From positions 2,611-66,610 of the forward strand of contig CAZSDC010000001.1 of assembly GCA_964605515.1 (NCBI GenBank): a stretch of DNA of 64,000 nt. The letters are read 5' to 3'. The notes beneath the pieces are model-generated. The model was not told the DNA's origin and did not search any database. It saw only the letters and a program-made list of their open reading frames with translations. Every line of letters begins with the position of its first letter. Within the stretch, counting starts at the first letter, position 1. This DNA comes from an uncultured Chthoniobacter sp. (GTDB taxonomy: Bacteria; Verrucomicrobiota; Verrucomicrobiia; Chthoniobacterales; Terrimicrobiaceae). Shown piece by piece: positions 56,411-64,000 of this stretch. The translations under genes and the position numbers were made by a program.

Positions 56411-57313
56411 ATGAAAATCCTTCCCGCATGGGTCCGCCGCAGGACCATAGATTTTTGCCGTGTGAATTTCGCGGCATCCGCTGTTCGCCGGCGCGATCCG
56501 CTGCCCCACCATGGGCATCCGGTGTCCCTCCACATGGTTCTTTCGCGCGACGGCCTGCTGATGGGGCAACTCGCGCTGCGGAGCCTGGAATTCCATTCCG
56601 GCTTCAGTTGGGCGCCCGTGCTGCACGACGACGGCACGCTGAGTGACCGGGATGTCGCGGAACTCCGCTCGAACTTTCCCGATGCTGTGGTGATCCGGCG
56701 CACGGAAGCGGATGCCGCGCTCGGAGAGGCGCTCGCCAGCTATCCGCAGTGCCGGGAGAACAGGCTCAAGCACCCCTGGTTTCTGAAAGTTTTTGACACG
56801 CGGCATTATGCCACACACGACCGCTACATAGTCCTCGACAGCGACATCGTTTTTTTTCGTAGGCCGGATTTCGTTTTGGACTGGATGGGAAAGCGTCCGG
56901 AAACATTCTGGTTCATGGAAGACACGAGGGAAAAATATTCGTCCGACCGCGCAGGCATCGAGGCCGCGATGGGATTTCCATTGTGGGAGCGCGTCAACAG
57001 CGGGCTTGACCTGATGGTCCGCCCAGCGGTGGATCTCGCGCTCGCAGAAAAATTTCTTGAGCGCTGCGCGCCGATCGCGCGCGAATTCCATTTTCTCGAG
57101 CAGACATTTTTTGCGGTGGCCGGTTCAGTCTGGGGAAAAGGGGGGAAGCTGCCGCGCGAATACGAAATCAGCTGGACGAATTTCCGGCGGCCGGGTGCTG
57201 TCTGCCGTCACTATGTCGGGCCGTTCAAGAACGACGCGCTCTTCATTGAAGGCGCGAGCGTCTTCTGGTGGCAGTCACGCCGCGTGCTGCGGAGTCGTGT
57301 GGAGAAAAATTAG
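56411..57313 (+). CDS. hypothetical protein, possible DxD-type glycosyltransferase
   Basis: ATG at 56411 (alternative 56345), downstream of the divergent FkbM start. RYIVLDSDIVFFRRPDF is a DxD-like motif after a beta-strand. Confidence 0.45.
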   Translation: MKILPAWVRRRTIDFCRVNFAASAVRRRDPLPHHGHPVSLHMVLSRDGLLMGQLALRSLEFHSGFSWAPVLHDDGTLSDRDVAELRSNFPDAVVIRRTEADAALGEALASYPQCRENRLKHPWFLKVFDTRHYATHDRYIVLDSDIVFFRRPDFVLDWMGKRPETFWFMEDTREKYSSDRAGIEAAMGFPLWERVNSGLDLMVRPAVDLALAEKFLERCAPIAREFHFLEQTFFAVAGSVWGKGGKLPREYEISWTNFRRPGAVCRHYVGPFKNDALFIEGASVFWWQSRRVLRSRVEKN

Positions 57314-57314
57314 T

Positions 57315-58067
57315 ATGAGCGAAACAAACCTGGACCAGCACAACATCGAGATTCACGAGAACCGTCTCGCCTGGGAAAAGAAAAAGTCCCTGCGGATGGC
57401 TTACGGGCGGTTCTACGCCGCGATTGCCGGGCATATACAGCCCGGCCTGCCCGGCCTGAAGCTCGAACTCGGATCCGGGATGGGAAACATCAAGCAATAC
57501 ATCCCCGACTGCATCACCTCGGACCTTTTCCCCAACCCGTGGCTTGACCGGGTGGAGAATGCATATGCCCTGAATTTTCCCGACGGCAGCATCGGCCACC
57601 TCATCCTATTTGATGTCTGGCATCATCTGGAGTATCCGGCAAACGCCCTCAAGGAAGCCCGGCGGGTCTTGGTGCCGGGAGGGAAGATCATTCTCATGGA
57701 GCCCGCCATGAGCCTGGTGGGCCGCTTGGTTTACGGCAACTGCCATCACGAGCCGCTCGGCTTCGAGTCCAAATTTTCCGATGTTCCGGCGGATATCAGC
57801 GCACCGGAGGCGACGCGTTACTTTGCGGCCCAATCCTCCGCACACCGTATGTTTCTCAAGCGCGAGCTGCCAGGCGTCCTGCGCGGGTGGGATGTTTGCA
57901 GCATTAGACAAATCACCTCGTTCGCCTACCTCGGCTCCGGGGGCTTTCGCGGACCCCAACTCTACCCGGACTTTGTGGCTCCGGCGGTCCGCCTCGCCGA
58001 TTCCGTCTTGGGCTTGCTACCGGACATGTTTGCCGCAAGGATCCTGGCCGTCTTAAAAAAGCTCTGA
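57315..58067 (+). CDS. class I SAM-dependent methyltransferase
   Basis: Internal ATG at 57315, 1 nt after the upstream stop. LKLELGSGMGNIKQYIP (motif I), LILFDVWHHLEYP, GGKIILMEP. Confidence 0.75.
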   Translation: MSETNLDQHNIEIHENRLAWEKKKSLRMAYGRFYAAIAGHIQPGLPGLKLELGSGMGNIKQYIPDCITSDLFPNPWLDRVENAYALNFPDGSIGHLILFDVWHHLEYPANALKEARRVLVPGGKIILMEPAMSLVGRLVYGNCHHEPLGFESKFSDVPADISAPEATRYFAAQSSAHRMFLKRELPGVLRGWDVCSIRQITSFAYLGSGGFRGPQLYPDFVAPAVRLADSVLGLLPDMFAARILAVLKKL

Positions 58068-58122
58068 GGCGACAAAACCCTGGCAGGACAAGAAGCCATC
58101 CCGCACCTAACATTTCATTTCG

Positions 58123-59514
58123 ATGAACAAATCCGGTTCCAGCGTCGCCTTTTTTGAAGGCGGATATTACAAGGAAAAACCCGGGGGATTGGCCTACCGC
58201 CGTTCGCTGGCGCATTATTTGAATCTGGTCATTCCCGGGTCCGCCGACCTGCTGGAGATCGGTTGCGGGAGCGGGCAGTTGCTCGGACTCCTCAAATCCC
58301 GTTCCAAGACCGGGATCGACGCCTCGGCAAGCCAGATCTCGGAGGCCGAAAAGAATTGTCCGGGGGCCGTGTTTATTTGCGGGGATGCCTGCGAGGTGAA
58401 CCCGGATGCCGCGTTCGACGTGGTGCTGGTGTCGGATACTTTGAACCATTGCAGTGACGCGCAGGCACTGCTAGAGGCAGCCCGGCGGTTTGCGCGACCG
58501 GAAGCCAGGCTCGTGATCACGACATACAACACGCTTTGGCGTCCGGCGCTTTCGTTTCTTACATCCTTGGGGCTTCGTTCTCCGCAACCGGACTTGAACT
58601 GGCTATCCGGAAACGACGTTCGCAACATCGCCGAACTGGCGGGCTGGGAAATCATCAAGTCCGATGGTCGCATTCTGCTGCCCGTGCAGTTGTCTTTTCT
58701 TTCCGCTTTTGTGAACCGCTGGGTGGCGCCGTTCCTGCCGGTTTTTTGTCTGGCGAACATCATGGTGGCGAGAAGGGCGGAAAAAATGGCGGGTTCCCCA
58801 TCGGTTTCGATCGTCATCCCGGCGAGGAACGAGGCAGGAAACATCCCCGCCGCCATCGAGAGGATTCCGGCCATGGCACCCGACATCGAGTATATTTTTA
58901 TCGAGGGGCATTCGACGGATTCGACATGGGAGGCAATCGTCAAGGTTCAGGCCGCACATCCTAACAAGAAAATCAAAATTGCCCGCCAGACAGGAAAGGG
59001 CAAAGGCGATGCCGTGCGGCTGGGGTTTTCGATGGCCGAGGGGGACATCCTGATGATCCTCGATGCCGATCTCACAATGCCGCCAGAGGATCTGCCGAAA
59101 TTCTACCGGGCGCTGGCCGATGGCAGGTGCGAGTTTGCTAACGGCTGCCGGCTTATCTACCCGATGGAGAAGGAAGCGATGCAGTTCCTCAACCTTTGCG
59201 CCAACAAGCTCTTCGGGGTTTTATTCTCCTGGATTCTCGGCCAGAACCTCAAGGATACCCTCTGCGGCACCAAGGTCCTAAGCCGGAAAAACTACGAGGC
59301 TATCGCTCGGAACCGGGCCTATTTCGGAGACTTCGATCCGTTCGGGGATTTCGACCTGCTGTTCGGAGCGGACAAGCTGAACCTGAAAATCCGAGACATC
59401 CCGGTGCGATATCGCGAGCGCACCTACGGATCAACCAACATAAGCCGTTTCCGACACGGCATCCTGCTCTTCCGCATGGTCGCTTTCGCGGCCAAAAAGC
59501 TGAAGTTTGTCTGA
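58123..59514 (+). CDS. bifunctional class I SAM methyltransferase / hydrophobic linker / GT2 polyprenyl-phosphate glycosyltransferase-like fusion
   Basis: N-domain: LLEIGCGSGQLLGLL, VVLVSDTLNHCSD. Linker: LLPVQLSFLSAFVNRWVAPFLPVFCLANIMV. C-domain: VSIVIPARNEAGNI...IFIEGHSTDST...ILMILDADLTMPPEDLPKFY. Confidence 0.8.
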   Translation: MNKSGSSVAFFEGGYYKEKPGGLAYRRSLAHYLNLVIPGSADLLEIGCGSGQLLGLLKSRSKTGIDASASQISEAEKNCPGAVFICGDACEVNPDAAFDVVLVSDTLNHCSDAQALLEAARRFARPEARLVITTYNTLWRPALSFLTSLGLRSPQPDLNWLSGNDVRNIAELAGWEIIKSDGRILLPVQLSFLSAFVNRWVAPFLPVFCLANIMVARRAEKMAGSPSVSIVIPARNEAGNIPAAIERIPAMAPDIEYIFIEGHSTDSTWEAIVKVQAAHPNKKIKIARQTGKGKGDAVRLGFSMAEGDILMILDADLTMPPEDLPKFYRALADGRCEFANGCRLIYPMEKEAMQFLNLCANKLFGVLFSWILGQNLKDTLCGTKVLSRKNYEAIARNRAYFGDFDPFGDFDLLFGADKLNLKIRDIPVRYRERTYGSTNISRFRHGILLFRMVAFAAKKLKFV

Positions 59515-59518
59515 ACGC

Positions 59519-61765
59519 ATGTTGAAGAAAAACTCCCTCTGGCCGATTTTTTCTGGCGGCCTGGTGCTTCTCGCGTTGGTTCTGTCATTTCCAGGCTGGT
59601 TCGGGCTTTCGAAGACCGTGCGGATTGTCGGGGTCCAGAGCCCGGACGGATTTGTTCTCACCGCTGAAATGCCGCCGGGCATGGCGGGCGAGCGCAAGCG
59701 GGATTTTCTATTTCCGGATTCTCCGGTTCTCTACGAAAACGGCCGCGCGCTGGCACGCCCCTGGTCGTCCTATAAACAGATTACCAGCGCGGGCCGGGGG
59801 CGCTACCAGATCAGCGGTTCCAACATCCATTTCTCGACGTCTGACGGGGAGCCGCCCGCAGCCCGCGAATACACGATCCGCGCGCCGATGTGGTCGCTTC
59901 GCGAGTCTTTGCTTCTGGCGATCTGGCTTGTTGCGGTTGCGGCTGCTGCCGTCGCGATTCGCATGGCGCTGCCGGACGGGGCGGGAAGTTTTGCTCAATG
60001 CCGCTGTGTCGCATACGCGGCGCCCGGGCTGGCCCTGGCGCTTGTCGCGATCTTTTTCTGGCGGGCGACGAGTTTCTCCGACCAGTTTTTTCTGGGTCTG
60101 ACAATACCCGCGATCTGGGCCGCCGCGATGGGCCTGCTGGCCACGCAAAAGCATTTCGCCGGACGGGCGGGCCTGGTCGTTCTGGCGGTATTGCCCGCGT
60201 TTGCCGGCTGGTTCTACTACGGCTTCAACGCTGCTTCCGACAGTTCGTTCCTCGTTGGCGGCGTCATCCCCTGCAGTGATGCCTGGCTCCATTTTCTGCA
60301 AGCTGCCGAGATCGCGGTTCACGGGACAACGAAGGTTTTGTTCAACGGGCGCTTTTTCTACCCGGCATTTTACTCGGTGATCCTGGATGTCGTCGGGCTG
60401 AACATCCTCGTTGCGAACCTGGTGGTTTCCCTGCTGGTGATGCTGGGACTCGCGTTCACTTGCAGGCTTGTCGCCAAGCGCCTTGGATTTGCCGGAGCCG
60501 CGGTTTATTGTCTCCTCTTCTGGCTGTATTTTCGTGTTCACGGGTGTGGGCTCGTGATGACGGAAAACCTTGGCCTGCTGCTCGGAACACTCGGGTTCGG
60601 ATTCCTTCTGTTATCGGTGGGCCGGGAAAATATTCTGTCGATTTATTTAGCGATCCTGTTTTTCGGACTTGGGTCGGTGGTGAGGCCCGGTGCGCTTTTT
60701 ATTCTTCCAGCTCTGGCGCTTTACGCGGGGTTCCGGGTCTGGATCGAGCGTCCGGGACGGATGAGAATGGCCTCCTCCGCCACCGCTGTAGTTCTTGGTC
60801 TGGCGCTGACCGCCGGATGTTTTGGAGCAAACCGCCTGGTCATGAAATCGCTCTCGGTTGGGGAGGGGAAAGCCTTTCAAAATTTTGCATTCACCCTGAG
60901 CGGCCTGCTGAACGACACCACGTGGAGCACGAGCGCCGATGCCTCCGGATGGGACGCTGCACTTGTCATGGAGCAGAACATCAAGCAGATCAAAGAATCC
61001 CCGGCCAGCCTGGTCCGCGGGGTTGGCCGCGCCTACGGGGAAACGATGAAAAAGGGGTTCCTGTTCCGTTTCGGACCGGAAAAGCGGCTCGCCTCAAGCG
61101 GTATGACAATGTTCATTCTAGCCTCGCTGGGCTGCTGGCTCTGGAAGCCGCTCCGCCGCGATGCCGGTTGGATTATTCTCGTTGTAGCTGCGATCATTGC
61201 ATCCATCCCTTTTGCGCCTCCTTGGGACGCTGGCGTGAGGCCGTATGCCGCGAGTGTGCCGGTCCAGATCTTTCTGGCGGCTGCCGGCTTTGCTATGCTG
61301 ATTGATCTTTTCCGCAGGCTCGCGGAAGCCGTTGTCACGGGCGCTCCCGCCGGTTTTCTGCGGGAGATACCGGATGGCGATCTGACCGCAGGGGATGCAA
61401 CTTTCAATACCGCGCCTGGCCTCATCCTGCTTTCGGCTCTGTGCTTTTTCCTGGTTTTTCCCGCTCCACTGATCCTGAAACTGTCAGGCTTCCGCCACCC
61501 GGTTCCCTCGGAGGCACCGGCGTCGTTGCCCGGTTCCAGAGTGTTGGTTTCCCAGGAGGGACCATCGCATTTCGGCTGCATCACCCGCGCGAACTTCCTC
61601 GACCGGCTCTCGAATTTCCAGGCCTCCTACCCGAAGGAGGCAAAATTTTTTAGCTCCCAGCCCGCTGACTTTTTGTTGGCGGTCAACTGGAGCAGTTTGC
61701 AAACAGTCCTCCTGCCATGGCCGGACGGTGCTACGGGAGCCGCGCTCCCGCTTCCCGAACGATGA
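59519..61765 (+). CDS. large polytopic membrane protein (GT-C-like candidate) with an N-terminal extracytoplasmic domain
   Basis: ATG at 59519 (alternative 59507). One TM, then a soluble segment of about 100 aa, then more than 12 hydrophobic segments. 748 aa from the 59519 start. Confidence 0.5.
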   Translation: MLKKNSLWPIFSGGLVLLALVLSFPGWFGLSKTVRIVGVQSPDGFVLTAEMPPGMAGERKRDFLFPDSPVLYENGRALARPWSSYKQITSAGRGRYQISGSNIHFSTSDGEPPAAREYTIRAPMWSLRESLLLAIWLVAVAAAAVAIRMALPDGAGSFAQCRCVAYAAPGLALALVAIFFWRATSFSDQFFLGLTIPAIWAAAMGLLATQKHFAGRAGLVVLAVLPAFAGWFYYGFNAASDSSFLVGGVIPCSDAWLHFLQAAEIAVHGTTKVLFNGRFFYPAFYSVILDVVGLNILVANLVVSLLVMLGLAFTCRLVAKRLGFAGAAVYCLLFWLYFRVHGCGLVMTENLGLLLGTLGFGFLLLSVGRENILSIYLAILFFGLGSVVRPGALFILPALALYAGFRVWIERPGRMRMASSATAVVLGLALTAGCFGANRLVMKSLSVGEGKAFQNFAFTLSGLLNDTTWSTSADASGWDAALVMEQNIKQIKESPASLVRGVGRAYGETMKKGFLFRFGPEKRLASSGMTMFILASLGCWLWKPLRRDAGWIILVVAAIIASIPFAPPWDAGVRPYAASVPVQIFLAAAGFAMLIDLFRRLAEAVVTGAPAGFLREIPDGDLTAGDATFNTAPGLILLSALCFFLVFPAPLILKLSGFRHPVPSEAPASLPGSRVLVSQEGPSHFGCITRANFLDRLSNFQASYPKEAKFFSSQPADFLLAVNWSSLQTVLLPWPDGATGAALPLPER

Positions 61766-62577
61766 ATCCGCCAGTTAGCGGGATCGCAACAATTGTCGGC
61801 ATCGTCCTGGTGCGAAATGAGGATATTTTTGTTTCTCAGGCGGTGAAGAACATCGCTTCCTTCTGCGACACATTGATTCTCTGCGACCACGGCTCCACGG
61901 ATGGGACTGCTGGAATCCTCGACGGCCTTGCAAGATCATTGCCGCACGCCGCAGTCCACAGGTTGGCCCATCCCTCCGGATCCCACGATTTACTGAAGGC
62001 TTTTGCCGGGACGCATACATGGGTCTTTGGGGTTGACGGCGACGAACTCTACGACTCCCGGAAGCTTCAGGATTTTCGGCCGCGCCTGCTGGCAGGCGAG
62101 TTCGACCATATCTGGCGTATGAAAGGAAACGTTCTCCATTGCACGGCGCTCGCCCCAGATCGTTCGACGGCCACCGGGCACATGGCACCCCCGAGCAGGA
62201 GCATCACAAAGCTCTACAACTTCGGCGCGATTACTTCATGGGATGGGGATACCGTGGAACGTCTGCACGGGGGAACGATCCGGTTTCAGCCCGGCTTCGA
62301 TGATGGCATGAAGAGAAATTTCCAGGACGAGTTGGGCTGGGATGAATCCCCTCTGCGGTGCCTGCACACATGCTTCCTGCCGCGCAGTTCCCATGACTTC
62401 GCCAGGGCTGAACCGGCCGTCCGCAAGAACATCATGGAGATTTACCGCGGAGGCATCGGGGGTGCAATGCGTCGCTTTGCCGGCCGTCTTTTGCGCCGGC
62501 AGGATTCGCGTTGGAAAAACGATTTTTACCAGCGTGGTTCGGTCGAAACCGTCGATGCCAGGCCGTATTTTCTATGA
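61762..62577 (+). CDS. GT2-like glycosyltransferase
   Basis: Internal ATG at 61762 (ATGA overlap). IVGIVLVRNEDIFVSQAVKNI...LCDHGSTDGT...VFGVDGDELY. Confidence 0.65.
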   Translation: MNPPVSGIATIVGIVLVRNEDIFVSQAVKNIASFCDTLILCDHGSTDGTAGILDGLARSLPHAAVHRLAHPSGSHDLLKAFAGTHTWVFGVDGDELYDSRKLQDFRPRLLAGEFDHIWRMKGNVLHCTALAPDRSTATGHMAPPSRSITKLYNFGAITSWDGDTVERLHGGTIRFQPGFDDGMKRNFQDELGWDESPLRCLHTCFLPRSSHDFARAEPAVRKNIMEIYRGGIGGAMRRFAGRLLRRQDSRWKNDFYQRGSVETVDARPYFL

Positions 62578-63545
62578 GCGCTCTTCCGAGGATCACCGTC
62601 GCTTTTCTGAGCTGGAATCGGCTTCATTATTTCCGGGCTGCGCTCGAATCCGCCCGCCGCTGCATCCGGTATCCGGACATCGAGTGGATCATCAGCGACA
62701 ACGAATCCCGCGAACCCGGCCTCCGCGAATATATCGAGAGCCTCGATTGGGTTCCGAACAAATGGTTCCGCGAGCAGACCCATGCTGCGGCGATGAACGA
62801 GATCGTGGCTCGCGCGACTGGAAAATACCTGGTCCTGTGGCCGGACGACGTCCAGTTTGTCGTCGAGGGTGATTGGATGGTGCGGCTGATTGAAACTCTG
62901 GAATCGCATCCGTGGATAGGTTCGGCCGGGCTCAACTTTTTGCGGCGGAAGACCTACAAGCGGCTGGTCGGGCCGCCGCGCTCGGATGAGGTTGTCAGCA
63001 TCGCTGCCGAGGCCGTCCGGAGAAAGCTGGCATTCAGGATTCCCCGCCGGATCAGTGGCCCGCAGGGGCTTGTCACATGCGGGTGGCGGCTCCCGGGGGT
63101 TGTCGCATCCGGAATTCCCTCCCTTACGCCGCTCGCCTGCTGGAAGGCGCTGGGCCCGTGGAGGACGCGCGATGCAACGCAATCGAACATCGTGGACTCT
63201 TCGCTGGGAGCCGAGGACGACATGATCGCGCGGTTTCAAAACGGCGGCTTCAACTGGCAGCAGGCGTTAATGATGACACCCGTTGCCGCCGACATCATCA
63301 ACGACGAGACGGGCTGCAAAGCCAAGATCCGTCAGGGAAAACGCCACGGCGTCTACACCCCGCCAGTGAATGGGTCGTTCTATTATGAAATCCTTCAGCA
63401 GCCCGCGCTTCCCGGGAGCGAGGGGGTCTACCCACTTGCCTTCGAGGACACAGTGCGCCCGATCGGTTTCCAGTTGCCGCGCGACTCCCGGGGCAACCTT
63501 CTCAAGTCCAGCCTGAACTCCAGCGTGATTGCGGAGATCGCATGA
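62574..63545 (+). CDS. GT2-like glycosyltransferase
   Basis: Internal ATG at 62574 (ATGA overlap). ITVAFLSWNRLHYFRAALESA...IISDNESREPG...VLWPDDVQFV. Confidence 0.65.
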   Translation: MSALPRITVAFLSWNRLHYFRAALESARRCIRYPDIEWIISDNESREPGLREYIESLDWVPNKWFREQTHAAAMNEIVARATGKYLVLWPDDVQFVVEGDWMVRLIETLESHPWIGSAGLNFLRRKTYKRLVGPPRSDEVVSIAAEAVRRKLAFRIPRRISGPQGLVTCGWRLPGVVASGIPSLTPLACWKALGPWRTRDATQSNIVDSSLGAEDDMIARFQNGGFNWQQALMMTPVAADIINDETGCKAKIRQGKRHGVYTPPVNGSFYYEILQQPALPGSEGVYPLAFEDTVRPIGFQLPRDSRGNLLKSSLNSSVIAEIA

Positions 63546-64000
63546 AAACGTTTTTCCGTCTTGCGTATATTTTTCTTCTCGCCGTCTGCGCTGTGCCGGG
63601 TTCGTTTGTTTCGATGGCGCAATCGGAAGGCGTGCCTATCGAGTTCGACAAATCTGCGCCTTCTCAGGCAGTGCTTGATCAGGCTGAGCACTTGCGCGCT
63701 GATGGGCGTCTTTTGCGGTCTGATGCGGTCGCCGCACAGTTGGTAACTCCCCTGCCGGGGCCTGTCCGGCCTGCCGATGTCCTCACCAGACCATTGCGTC
63801 CTCGCGAGGTCGCTGCGCGCGCCCGTGCTGGTGGAGTGCACGTGGGCTGGTATTATCTGTGTCCCGATTGCAACCACTGGCACGCGAAGCTTCTGGGCGG
63901 CTACGCGATCGCGTGGGACGCCGTCGCGACCGCATACCACTGTGTCGATCCCGACAAGAACAGGACGCGCGAGGGGTATTTGATTGCCGTGGACTCCGAA
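63542..64000 (+). CDS. secreted protein, probable trypsin-like serine peptidase (5' partial; runs off the window)
   Basis: Not in the ORF track because it has no stop within the window. ATG at 63542 (ATGA overlap). Signal peptide MKTFFRLAYIFLLAVCAVPGSFVSMAQS. GGYAIAWDAVATAYHCV resembles the catalytic-His TAAHC block. CPDCNHWH lies just upstream. Confidence 0.5.
   Translation, partial: MKTFFRLAYIFLLAVCAVPGSFVSMAQSEGVPIEFDKSAPSQAVLDQAEHLRADGRLLRSDAVAAQLVTPLPGPVRPADVLTRPLRPREVAARARAGGVHVGWYYLCPDCNHWHAKLLGGYAIAWDAVATAYHCVDPDKNRTREGYLIAVDSE

Noticed and set aside
1-64000. Search for CRISPR arrays, tRNA/rRNA genes, IS elements, integrases and prophage genes.
   Set aside because: I saw no regularly spaced direct repeats, no tRNA-like cloverleaf candidates in intergenic regions, and no transposase or integrase motifs in any ORF. 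The only mobility-like signatures are the TA modules, the 59-nt duplication and the GC-deviant genes.

Overview
About 95% of this window (roughly 3.35-63.5 kb) is one very large, almost entirely co-directional (+ strand) glycan biosynthesis, modification and export super-locus from a high-GC bacterium. A small toxin-antitoxin island (0-3.3 kb) lies upstream. Many genes are linked by 1-, 4- or 8-nt start/stop overlaps (ATGA/GTGA), which suggests long translationally coupled operons.

Recognisable content:
- gmd.
- A complete-looking pseudaminic-acid-type nonulosonate operon: pseB, pseC, an aldo/keto reductase, a cytidylyltransferase/class-III aminotransferase fusion, pseG, a methyltransferase, pseI, an N-acetyl-sugar amidotransferase with HisH/HisF paralogs, and a GNAT.
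- A Wzm/Wzt ABC exporter.
- By my count, about 13 GT2/GT-A genes, 5 GT-B genes (including a GT9 and a KpsS-like candidate nonulosonate transferase) and 3 unclassified DxD-type proteins.
- 8 SAM-methyltransferase genes or domains.
- 2 SDR epimerase/dehydratase genes and an acyltransferase-3 gene.
- Seven large polytopic membrane proteins that look like GT-C glycosyltransferases.

The most unusual pattern is a repeated module of a polyprenyl-phosphate-type GT2, a methyltransferase and a GT-C-like membrane protein. In one copy the methyltransferase and GT2 are fused. This points to extensive periplasmic-face glycan elaboration.

Other notable points:
- Six enzymes carry C-terminal coiled-coil tails.
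- A VapBC cassette is bracketed by a duplicated 59-nt GT2 gene end.
- A stop-codon-riddled truncated paralog of the KpsS-like gene is present.
- The acyltransferase gene has low GC.
- A single FkbM gene is inverted relative to the rest of the locus.

I saw no rRNA, tRNA, CRISPR array, transposase or integrase. I also saw no initiating phosphoglycosyltransferase, Wzx, Wzy or WaaL. All functional calls rest on motif recognition by eye. No database search was run.
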